From positions 1 to 64,000 of the IMG/VR virus record IMGVR_UViG_3300033984_000473: DNA of 64,000 bases; one strand, 5' to 3'. Below are positions 56,220-64,000 of this stretch, piece after piece. Position 1 is the stretch's first letter; every line of letters begins with the position of its first letter. The position numbers and the translations under genes were made by a program. Below the pieces are notes generated by a model. That model was not told the DNA's origin. It made no database searches and saw only the letters and a list, made by a program, of their open reading frames with translations.

Positions 56220-56813
56220 TTACCACGAAGCAACCTTTTGAAAGGTTAACTCAGACCAATAATGACAATTATACCCATTGATACTTCCTTCCATTTCTTG
56301 GATTTGTATTCTAATTATCCCATTGGCATAATCAACAGTTTGACCACTAAATGGTCTGGAAGAACCACCCATCAACACATTACCAGTGTAAATCGGGTCC
56401 TCAACAATTGTTTTATTGGAACCAACAAAATAAACAGCGTAGCGTTTTGTCGGGTCATCATTTAATACAAATTTTCCATATCCTGGATAAGACATTGGTT
56501 GGTAAAAAGAATAAGTAGTAACATTTTCCTCTATGTTTTCAATATCAAATAAACTTCCACCCCATCTAAGACTAGATACATGTTTTGTAGAATTGAAATG
56601 ATTGAAAACTAAACGCTCATTCGTTTCACGATTATCAACATACATAACACCACTAATCAATTTAAAACGACCCCACATGCTAACAGTCGGCCCAGAATCA
56701 ACAGCAGTCATCGAACCTAACCCAGTTGGATAAGTATCAGTCGGTAATACAGCATCTGGTTGACACGATGTCAGCAACAATAAAAATGTTCCTATAAATA
56801 AAAAATTTCTCAT
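56220..56813 (-). CDS. Lipoprotein, beta-rich
   Basis: Lipobox LLLLTSC; TACCTTTG -7 element at 56833-40. Confidence 0.72.
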   Translation of the reverse strand: MRNFLFIGTFLLLLTSCQPDAVLPTDTYPTGLGSMTAVDSGPTVSMWGRFKLISGVMYVDNRETNERLVFNHFNSTKHVSSLRWGGSLFDIENIEENVTTYSFYQPMSYPGYGKFVLNDDPTKRYAVYFVGSNKTIVEDPIYTGNVLMGGSSRPFSGQTVDYANGIIRIQIQEMEGSINGYNCHYWSELTFQKVASW

Positions 56814-56880
56814 ACTTTATATCTTTAAGGTACAAAGGTATGAAAAATTTTTAAATTATCCTAATGTTTTTAACTATTTT

Positions 56881-57348
56881 TTACAATCCAAAAACAATCA
56901 ACATCATATCATCTACGATTAAATTGCCTTGGTCATCGCTAAGTAGTTGAACCTCAAGTGTATCGTCAATAGTTATGATACCTTCACCAGTACGAGTCTC
57001 AACCTTAAGTCTATCCCAATCCAATTTTAAGTCTAGAGTAGCGGTATCTGTGTTGTCCTCGTTAACAAAATAATCAACTTCAATTTCGATATCAGTCGGC
57101 CCAGCAATGTTATAAAGAGAAATCCCTCTAACACCCCATTGTTTAGCGTCTAGTTCAATTTCAAATGCTACTGTAATCTTATGTGTTATTACGTCATTTA
57201 TCTCATGACCTTTTAATTTTGCATTTCTATAAGTAAAATCAACTCCAATTTCTCTCTGATAGGAATTGCTTCCAGATTTATCTTTAGAACCTTCGGTTAA
57301 CTTACCTTTAAGTCGTTCAAGTTGTGCTTCAGTTATTTTTAATTTCAT
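56881..57348 (-). CDS. Hypothetical protein with N-terminal LKITEAQL peptide
   Basis: MKLKITEAQLERLKGKLTEG; GATATTTATA at 57361-70. Confidence 0.7.
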   Translation of the reverse strand: MKLKITEAQLERLKGKLTEGSKDKSGSNSYQREIGVDFTYRNAKLKGHEINDVITHKITVAFEIELDAKQWGVRGISLYNIAGPTDIEIEVDYFVNEDNTDTATLDLKLDWDRLKVETRTGEGIITIDDTLEVQLLSDDQGNLIVDDMMLIVFGL

Positions 57349-57405
57349 AATCTTTTTTATTATAAATATCATTGATTATTAATAAAATTTGTAGTATATT
57401 TAAAC

Positions 57406-57858
57406 ATGGCAAATTTAGAATTTAATAGCGATTTGAAATTAGGTAATGATGGTGAAAAAACTATCATAGATTTCTTGGAATCCAAAGGTAGCAAATACAT
57501 TAGTTCAAACAATGATAATCAATATGATATCAAAATGTTAAAGAACGGGAAAGTAATAACTTATGAAATTAAAACCGATGTAACATGTGCACCACTATTT
57601 GATACTGGGAACATTTTTATCGAATTCAAATCCAGAGGAAAACAATCTGGGATTACAGTAACCAAAGCTGATTGGTTCGTAACATATTTCAAATACCTAA
57701 ACGAAGTTTGGTTTATCAAAAGTGAAAACTTAAAACAACTTATACTCGATAATGAATTCAGAGTCTTTATGGATGCTGGAGATATCGGAAGTGAAACTCA
57801 TGGCTACTTGATAAAACGAAAAGATTTTAAAGAACATTTCCATACCTATAAACTATAA
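57406..57858 (+). CDS. PD-(D/E)xK nuclease-like protein
   Basis: GE…YDIKM…YEIKTD…TGNIFIEF.SRGK.SGI..TKADW. Confidence 0.72.
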   Translation: MANLEFNSDLKLGNDGEKTIIDFLESKGSKYISSNNDNQYDIKMLKNGKVITYEIKTDVTCAPLFDTGNIFIEFKSRGKQSGITVTKADWFVTYFKYLNEVWFIKSENLKQLILDNEFRVFMDAGDIGSETHGYLIKRKDFKEHFHTYKL

Positions 57859-57879
57859 TATTTATCAATAAAACAAATT

Positions 57880-58512
57880 ATGTCAGTAAAACCAAAACAA
57901 CCAAAATTATCTGTGGAATTAATACCATCAACCTGTCACTTCTCAAATGTTAGAACAACTGTTAAGTCATCAGAATGGGACAAGATTCGTTTCATCTCAT
58001 ACGAAGCTGCCGATAATAAATGTGAAATATGTAAAGACACAGGTAAAGCCCAAGGATATAAACATAACGTAGAGTGCCACGAAATCTGGGATTATGATGA
58101 TGAAAAACACGAACAAAAACTTGTTGGTCTGATTTCTTTGTGTCCAACATGTCACCAAGTTAAACATATCGGTAGAGCAATCGCCATCGGAAAACAATCA
58201 GCATGCTTCCTTCAATTAGCAAAGGTAAATAAATGGACACCTAAACAAGTACAAGAACACGTTATAGCTTCTTTTGAGCTCCATAAAGAACGTTCTAGAT
58301 ACAAGTGGACACTTGACCTATCTCTACTTACAAAAGAACCTTACAACATAAAATTAAAGGATACGAAAGAACGAATTTTCGAGGTAAAAAAATACAAAAA
58401 GAAACCCAAGAAGAAAGCTACAACTGGTGTGAAAAAAGTTCACCCTAAAGCCAAGCTGGCAGCGGTTCTTAAACCAAAAGAACCAAAAAATAAAAGACCA
58501 CCAAAAAAATAA
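57880..58512 (+). CDS. HNH-type (Cys-rich) nuclease-like protein with basic tail
   Basis: CEIC…VECHEIW…LISLCPTCHQVKH. Confidence 0.75.
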   Translation: MSVKPKQPKLSVELIPSTCHFSNVRTTVKSSEWDKIRFISYEAADNKCEICKDTGKAQGYKHNVECHEIWDYDDEKHEQKLVGLISLCPTCHQVKHIGRAIAIGKQSACFLQLAKVNKWTPKQVQEHVIASFELHKERSRYKWTLDLSLLTKEPYNIKLKDTKERIFEVKKYKKKPKKKATTGVKKVHPKAKLAAVLKPKEPKNKRPPKK

Positions 58513-58566
58513 TCTTAACTTAACACTATTGTTGAATTTTCCTATATTTATATGGAAAAAAGATAA

Positions 58567-58890
58567 GTGAATATAGTACATGTAAAACCTAATGGCCAAG
58601 ACATCGAAACTTGGATTGCCTTGCTAGAAGGTGAAGTTGTTGGTCACATTTTTATGAAAATTGAAAGTAACGATAAAATTAAATTTTTAGACGCATGGGT
58701 GCATGATGAACATAGACGAAAAGGTATCTATCGAAATCTATGGGAAACCAGATGGGAATATGTAAACCAAAACTATAAAGGACATACAATATATGCGTGG
58801 TGTAAAAACTCTAGCCTACCTTTGCTACTGGAAAAAGGGTTTATTGAAGGTGAAATATGTACCTATGTAGAAATTAAGATACATGAATAA
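58567..58890 (+). CDS. GNAT acetyltransferase
   Basis: AWVHDEHRRKGIY, SLPLLLEKGF; GTG start. Confidence 0.8.
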   Translation: MNIVHVKPNGQDIETWIALLEGEVVGHIFMKIESNDKIKFLDAWVHDEHRRKGIYRNLWETRWEYVNQNYKGHTIYAWCKNSSLPLLLEKGFIEGEICTYVEIKIHE

Positions 58891-58912
58891 AAAAAGACCC
58901 ATACGGGTCTTT
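58889..58912. terminator. Terminator between convergent genes
   Basis: AAAAAAAGACCC-ATAC-GGGTCTTT. Confidence 0.75.
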
Positions 58913-59303
58913 ATTTGTCATATGGACATCTGGTTAAACATAACCTAAAATACTTCATGTCTTTTTCATCAGAATAATAATAAAAATCTAAATAATTTGA
59001 ATATTCATCACCTTTGTCTATCTTTATTCTAATTATCTCATCTCTCCAATCATAAGCACTATATAAATAACTACCCACTTTAATAAATTGTTGTTTAGAA
59101 AGAATATTGTAAACAAATACAAAATTAGGTGTGATAAATGTTATTTCCTTACACTTATCGTCTATGTGTATTTCTCCAGATATTTTTCGGATTTCCCAAC
59201 CATCTGGTGTTCTCATATCCAGTGTGTCAAATTCATATATCTTTACTTGTGACCACATTGTAGTTACAAATAAAAAACATACTAGTGTTGCTGCTCTTAC
59301 CAT
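58911..59303 (-). CDS. Hypothetical secreted protein
   Basis: Signal-like MVRAATLVCFLFVTTMWSQ. Confidence 0.6.
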   Translation of the reverse strand: MVRAATLVCFLFVTTMWSQVKIYEFDTLDMRTPDGWEIRKISGEIHIDDKCKEITFITPNFVFVYNILSKQQFIKVGSYLYSAYDWRDEIIRIKIDKGDEYSNYLDFYYYSDEKDMKYFRLCLTRCPYDK

Positions 59304-60109
59304 AGTAATATCGGTACCAACCAAATTGGTGAAATATAGTACGGGTCGTAGTATGGGTCAAAATAATCGTAGCCATATGTCGGCATCTCCACAACGTCAA
59401 CATATTCTTCAGTTACCGTTGTAGTTTCTTCAACTACTTCGTTTTCTGGCAACGCTGTCCACGTTCCTTCAGCTTCAATATTTTCTTCAGCTTCTTTGAT
59501 TAATTGCATAGCAATATCAGTTCCTTTTATGATTACATCTTCCAATACATTATCTTGTTTAAGATAATCCACATCCACAGCAGTGTTACAAATATCTAAC
59601 ATTTCATCCCAGATAAACATATCAGTAAGATTATACTGCCATCTTGGTGCCGATAAATCAAATCGACCTTCAGTTAAGAATGACATGAAAACAATTTCCA
59701 TTGGATTTAAGCCCTTGAAATCCGCAACAGCAACTCTTACATCACTGAACCTCTCATTGCTCATATAATCAATCCAATCAGCTTCATAAAGTGATGGGTC
59801 AAACATCCTAGAGAATGCAAAGTCGCCTAGCTCTAAATCCACAGCACAGAAAATATCAAATATTTTTAAATACTCATAATACTTGTCATAGAAGTCTATG
59901 ATAACCTTACGACCAATCGGTGTTGGGTGATACTCACCATCTTTTACTTCCAAAGCACCAGTTTCAACTAACTTGTCTAAGTATTGGCTTAAGAAAATAT
60001 CTTCACCAGTTAAATTTACTGGAAAATATACTTGGAAATTTATAATCTCGTTAAGAAGAACAATACAAATGTAATTGATTCTATCCTTTTCTAATAATTG
60101 ATATCTCAT
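59297..60109 (-). CDS. Hypothetical acidic protein with Tyr/Pro-rich hydrophobic C-terminus
   Basis: 270 aa; winged-helix-like LDKLVETGAL…TPIGR near the N-terminus; ends YDPYYISPIWLVPILLW. Confidence 0.65.
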   Translation of the reverse strand: MRYQLLEKDRINYICIVLLNEIINFQVYFPVNLTGEDIFLSQYLDKLVETGALEVKDGEYHPTPIGRKVIIDFYDKYYEYLKIFDIFCAVDLELGDFAFSRMFDPSLYEADWIDYMSNERFSDVRVAVADFKGLNPMEIVFMSFLTEGRFDLSAPRWQYNLTDMFIWDEMLDICNTAVDVDYLKQDNVLEDVIIKGTDIAMQLIKEAEENIEAEGTWTALPENEVVEETTTVTEEYVDVVEMPTYGYDYFDPYYDPYYISPIWLVPILLW

Positions 60110-60114
60110 AATGA

Positions 60115-61053
60115 TTAACGTCTACGTGATGAACTTCTTGAGCTAGACCCAAATGAACGACTCCCAGAACTTCTAGAACTTGACCCAAATGAACTACGAC
60201 TTCTACTTGAACTGCTAGCAGAACTAGATGAATTTCTAGAGCGTGAACCAAACCCACTTGTAGTTGGTCTAGAACGGTTGGCCGATGTACTGGTAAATGC
60301 TTTTTGTGAACGAGTAGGTGCAGCCATGCTTTTTGACCTTGCCGATACCGCACTCGATACTTTGTTGGCGTTAGGACTACTAATCCTAGAAGATGTTTGT
60401 GATGGTCTAGTTGTTCTTGTTATTGTACTGGTTCTTGTAGTGGTAGATACTCTAGAACGGTAAGAGTTCATCGGTACACTTCTATAAGAATGGTAAGACC
60501 TAGGGTAATATCCGTAATGATAAGGACTGTAGTATGGTCTGTGATATGTGAATAAATAATTCATAATCATCAAATCCCCTAAGCTGTAATGTGATTGGTA
60601 ATTGTTGTTGCTACCATAAAGTTGTTGATTACCTTGAATGTTCATTTGAGCACCACCTTCACCTCTTGCGATTTGAATAGTTGCAACCTCTTGAGTTTCA
60701 TTGTTAGGTAAATCTACAGTAAAAGAAAATCCTTTGTCATTTCCTTCACCATATTCAGTCACTTTGATATAGTCTACACTACCATCTCCGTTTAAATCTA
60801 AATTGTTGATTGAACCATCGGAATTCAATTTGCTCTCAATCTCTTGAGCTGTTCGTGATGTTTTAACCAACTCACCCAATCCTTGTAAATCTAAATTGTC
60901 ACCGATAGACGTACTAGTCGGAGTTACACTAATTGTAGAGGGTGCTGGGTCATTCACATAAACCTGTGAATCATTGTAACGATTATCATTTTGAGATTGG
61001 CGACAGCTAACCAAGGTAAAGATTAAACCTAATGTTAATAGAAAATTTTTCAT
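60115..61053 (-). CDS. Lipoprotein with EF-hand-like DLNGDGSVD loop and Ser/Arg-rich tail
   Basis: Lipobox FTLVSC; NNLDLNGDGSVDYIKV; C-terminal SRSSFGSSSRSS…RRR. Confidence 0.78.
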   Translation of the reverse strand: MKNFLLTLGLIFTLVSCRQSQNDNRYNDSQVYVNDPAPSTISVTPTSTSIGDNLDLQGLGELVKTSRTAQEIESKLNSDGSINNLDLNGDGSVDYIKVTEYGEGNDKGFSFTVDLPNNETQEVATIQIARGEGGAQMNIQGNQQLYGSNNNYQSHYSLGDLMIMNYLFTYHRPYYSPYHYGYYPRSYHSYRSVPMNSYRSRVSTTTRTSTITRTTRPSQTSSRISSPNANKVSSAVSARSKSMAAPTRSQKAFTSTSANRSRPTTSGFGSRSRNSSSSASSSSRSRSSFGSSSRSSGSRSFGSSSRSSSRRR

Positions 61054-61085
61054 GTTGTTAATTTAAAGTTAATACTATTGAAGTA

Positions 61086-61117
61086 CAAAGGTATGTATAA
61101 TAAATGACATTTCCAAA
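61086..61117 (-). promoter_or_regulatory. Bacteroidota-type promoter TTTG-N20-TACCTTTG
   Basis: Plus strand CAAAGGTA 61086-93, CAAA 61114-17. Confidence 0.75.
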
Positions 61118-61134
61118 TTTATTTATCTTTTTAT

Positions 61135-61590
61135 TTAAAGTCGATTAATATTATCAATATCAAGCCATTCTCTTTGATGCAGATTTTGTCTATCCAATAG
61201 TTTTTTGGCATCGTTGATTTCTTTTTGCTCTTTAATCCTTTTCATCAACGCATCCATATCAGCCGTGGGTGCAACCGTTACCTTGTACCTATCCGTTCTC
61301 TCACCAGTTTCCGAGTGCCATCCAATTTGACATGACTCACACTGATAATAACCATCAACACCATTGGCCTCAACATCACCATCAGATAACTCAATAAAGT
61401 TTAAGTTGCTTATCTTTACAGGATTATCTTCAGTCCAATCATGATGCTCTTTCGCATATTTTATAGCTTGCTCCCTAGTTCTATAGTCACCAGTCAACGT
61501 ATCAATCAAATCAGCTTTGAACCAATCGTGACCACATTCTGGACATTTATCGCAATGGTTTTTGTCGGTAATCTTATAAATTTCTGTCAT
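61135..61590 (-). CDS. Hypothetical Zn-binding protein
   Basis: CPECGHDW…YQCESC; ATG 61590. Confidence 0.65.
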   Translation of the reverse strand: MTEIYKITDKNHCDKCPECGHDWFKADLIDTLTGDYRTREQAIKYAKEHHDWTEDNPVKISNLNFIELSDGDVEANGVDGYYQCESCQIGWHSETGERTDRYKVTVAPTADMDALMKRIKEQKEINDAKKLLDRQNLHQREWLDIDNINRL

Positions 61591-61606
61591 ATTTAATGTT
61601 TTTATA

Positions 61607-61637
61607 CAAAGATACGAAGCTTTAATCAAAAGTCAAA
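61607..61637 (-). promoter_or_regulatory. Bacteroidota-type promoter TTTG-N19-TATCTTTG
   Basis: Plus strand CAAAGATA 61607-14, CAAA 61634-37; abuts a divergent AATATTTATA motif (61637-46). Confidence 0.72.
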
Positions 61638-61663
61638 ATATTTATATAAAAATCTTATAACAA

Positions 61664-63307
61664 ATGAAATTATTTTTACATAGAAATATAATACTAGAAA
61701 ACTATTCAGTTCCAACCGATAAACAACCTATCGATGAAATTGATGATATAGCCAATAGTATTTCTGATAACATATCCAAAGAAGTTAGAATACCTAAAGA
61801 TGTTCTAGATAGCTTCCAAATCAAAGATACCCTTAACCCAGATATCTGGGACAACGATACTCTTAACCCACAAGTAAGTACCAAGCTTAACAAAATAGCC
61901 ATGGACTTCTTTAAAAAGCTTAACCTTCCAGCTGAAGTTAAAATGAAAGACATAATCTTTACAGGTAGCCTCGCTAACTATAACTGGTCAAAGTTTTCCG
62001 ATATCGATGTACATATCGTACTAGACTTCTCACAATTAGAAGGTGGTGAACAATTTAAAGAAGATTTCTTCTATGCTCAAAAAGCCCTATGGAATCAAGA
62101 ACATGATATTACAATACATAGCTACCCAATCGAACTATACGTTCAAGACGTTAAAGCTAAGCTAACAGCAACAGCAGTTTATTCTGTAAAGAATAACAAA
62201 TGGATTCTTAAGCCAAAGCGTGAAGAATTCAAGGTAAATAAAAGCGTAATCAAAAACAAAGCCGATAAATTTATCGCAACCCTTAAAGATATAAAAAAAT
62301 CATACGAAGAAAATGACTTTCAAGCAGTTGTAGATAAGGTAGAAGTTATCAAAGATAAAATCAAAAAATATAGAACAGCTGGTCTTGAAAAAGGTGGTGA
62401 GTTCTCAATAGAAAACATGGTATTTAAGGTGCTTAGAAGAACATCGTTTATGGATATCCTAGATAGCTACAAAGCCAAAGCCTACGATACTCTTATGAGC
62501 GTGAAAGAAGCAATAACCGAAACCAGAAAATTAATCAAACAAAGACTTGATGAGATTTCTTATGGAAGTATGTACGCAACTAAAAGCGACCTAGCAAGAA
62601 CCATGGCCAGAGTTACAAACGCATACCAATTCGTTCAATCAAGACCCAAACCAGAACTAGTTAACTATTGGAACATAATCACACACAACCCAACAGAACA
62701 AGGATTTATAGCTTCAGCTGTTATTGATATTCGTGGTGATGTGCAAATTAGAACATACAACGCTGCCGCTGGTGATGTTAGACAAAATAGATTCGACCTA
62801 AGAGGTGAAGATTCAGAACATCTAGTTCTTCCAATCTCAGCCCACCCAGGTATCGACCACCCTAACGCAAAACAAAGAACAGGTTACGCTGTTACAAAAG
62901 GTGGTATAAACAACCCAACAGCTGTGGGGCAAGGTGACTTCGGTTCCCCAGCATCAGACGCTCAAATAAAAGCATACTTCAAATATGGTGAAGTCATTAT
63001 AGATTTCGTTAAGTCTAAGATGGAAGAAAAAACAAAATCATATACAGACGGTAGTGGTGCCGAAGTTTCAGCACAAGCAATGGCCAACAACCCAGCACTG
63101 CAAAAAAAGAAAACCAAAAAGGATTTGGAAATGGAACTAGGTAGAAGAATTACTGACGCACAATTTCAAACATACTTAGATACAAACGAAAAACCAGAAG
63201 GTAGAAAAGCTACAAGCATCGAACCAGACAAAGCTGCCGAATTCGAAAAAAGACAAGCCGATGCCATCGCAAGAAGAAATCAAGCCATGGCAAGAAGAAA
63301 TAAATAA
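61664..63307 (+). CDS. Pol-beta-superfamily nucleotidyltransferase fused to an unknown C-terminal domain
   Basis: GSLANYNWSKFSDIDVHI, IELYVQ, R..GL…GEFSIENMVFKVLRR; linker VKEAITETRKLIKQRLDE. Confidence 0.8.
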   Translation: MKLFLHRNIILENYSVPTDKQPIDEIDDIANSISDNISKEVRIPKDVLDSFQIKDTLNPDIWDNDTLNPQVSTKLNKIAMDFFKKLNLPAEVKMKDIIFTGSLANYNWSKFSDIDVHIVLDFSQLEGGEQFKEDFFYAQKALWNQEHDITIHSYPIELYVQDVKAKLTATAVYSVKNNKWILKPKREEFKVNKSVIKNKADKFIATLKDIKKSYEENDFQAVVDKVEVIKDKIKKYRTAGLEKGGEFSIENMVFKVLRRTSFMDILDSYKAKAYDTLMSVKEAITETRKLIKQRLDEISYGSMYATKSDLARTMARVTNAYQFVQSRPKPELVNYWNIITHNPTEQGFIASAVIDIRGDVQIRTYNAAAGDVRQNRFDLRGEDSEHLVLPISAHPGIDHPNAKQRTGYAVTKGGINNPTAVGQGDFGSPASDAQIKAYFKYGEVIIDFVKSKMEEKTKSYTDGSGAEVSAQAMANNPALQKKKTKKDLEMELGRRITDAQFQTYLDTNEKPEGRKATSIEPDKAAEFEKRQADAIARRNQAMARRNK

Positions 63308-63310
63308 TCA

Positions 63311-63333
63311 AGGGACCACACGGTCCCTTTTTT
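63311..63333. terminator. Intrinsic terminator
   Basis: AGGGACC-ACAC-GGTCCCTTTTTT. Confidence 0.8.
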
Positions 63334-63848
63334 TAATACTCATAAACCCCAGCTTGCCGCTGCAAGATTCCATAGCTATCCATGATAACCTTGCCGTTGT
63401 ATAACACAGGAACTTGTATGAACCCAGACTTGCAACTGCAATCTTTTCCAATATGCGATGGACACACTTCTTCCACAACCAAATATATCTCGTTCGTATC
63501 AGCAAACGTTACCCTATCCAAAAATCCTTGCATGTGCAAGTCTTCCACATATGCACCATTCCATATTGAATTATGGTCGTGTGGTGGCCCTTCATTATAA
63601 ACATACCCCATGTCGTTTGGCTTTGCAATAACCTTCATGGAATCAAGACCAAATTCAAAAGATAAGGTACTATCCAATTTATACTTAAAGGTTCCAGCTT
63701 TTCTATCTATCGAATCCACTCTCATGATACCATCTGGAGTATAAGCATAATCGTTAACAAATAACTTTTCATCTGAAAGGATAATGGGAGCAATACCACC
63801 ATCGCCATTAACTATAAACTTTAACTCGTATTTTTTTATTTCTATCAT
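63333..63848 (-). CDS. Hypothetical protein
   Basis: ATG 63848 (MIEIKKY); C-terminal CPSH…CSC. Confidence 0.65.
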   Translation of the reverse strand: MIEIKKYELKFIVNGDGGIAPIILSDEKLFVNDYAYTPDGIMRVDSIDRKAGTFKYKLDSTLSFEFGLDSMKVIAKPNDMGYVYNEGPPHDHNSIWNGAYVEDLHMQGFLDRVTFADTNEIYLVVEEVCPSHIGKDCSCKSGFIQVPVLYNGKVIMDSYGILQRQAGVYEY

Positions 63849-63850
63849 AT

Positions 63851-64000
63851 CTAAAACTTTATTATTAAACCACACCTATACGTATAATCACTAACTTGAA
63901 TCCCAGCAGCAACCATCTGACAAACAAATCTAATATCCCTACTCAAATAAACCCTTACACGAACATCATACTTGCCAATACTTAAATAATCTTCAGCTTC
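63851..64000 (-). CDS. 3' end of a CDS entering from the right edge
   Basis: Open frame EAEDYLSIGKYDVRV…IIKF* ending TAG at 63851. Confidence 0.55.
   Translation of the reverse strand, partial: EAEDYLSIGKYDVRVRVYLSRDIRFVCQMVAAGIQVSDYTYRCGLIIKF

Noticed and set aside
1-64000. Stop-codon reassignment as in some Bacteroidota megaphages
   Set aside because: Long conserved genes are intact in code 11, and TAG and TGA end genes at sensible boundaries (e.g. 6519, 16876, 5298)
1-64000. tRNA, rRNA or CRISPR array
   Set aside because: Intergenic gaps are short and no cloverleaf or regularly spaced repeat was seen by eye; a tRNA/ncRNA scan was not run

Overview
A 64-kb segment of a large, AT-rich, T4-related (myovirus/jumbo-type) bacteriophage genome, read in the standard genetic code. 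The host is most likely in the Bacteroidota: several genes are preceded by TTG-N19/20-TAnnTTTG promoters and A-rich leaders without Shine-Dalgarno sites. From left to right it holds: nucleotide-metabolism genes (dUTPase, GMP reductase/IMPDH-like); a ~14-kb sugar synthesis and glycosyltransferase cluster (GT2, GT4-like, GT25, GT11, GT10-like, FkbM, acetyltransferase, two SGNH proteins, DegT, Gmd) with PhoH; a gp55-like late sigma factor and baseplate/spike genes; the minus-strand head module (gp23 capsid, scaffold, gp21 protease, gp20 portal, gp17 terminase, acidic core proteins); an intein-split thymidylate synthase; ClpC; and many accessory genes. The main unexplained signals are: (1) a 129-aa 'mini-capsid' paralog made of two distant pieces of gp23; (2) two -1 frame junctions on A10 and T9 runs that would fuse adjacent ORFs; (3) a shared IKxLLRE/ITExQL peptide with L/I-x-E cleavage sites that marks a probable head-packaged cargo set (ART-like, GNAT, peptidase, nucleotidyltransferase) under a phage-specific ATATTTAT late promoter; and (4) a transcript whose 5' and 3' ends are 12-nt perfect complements. 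All calls come from reading motifs by eye; no database searches were run.
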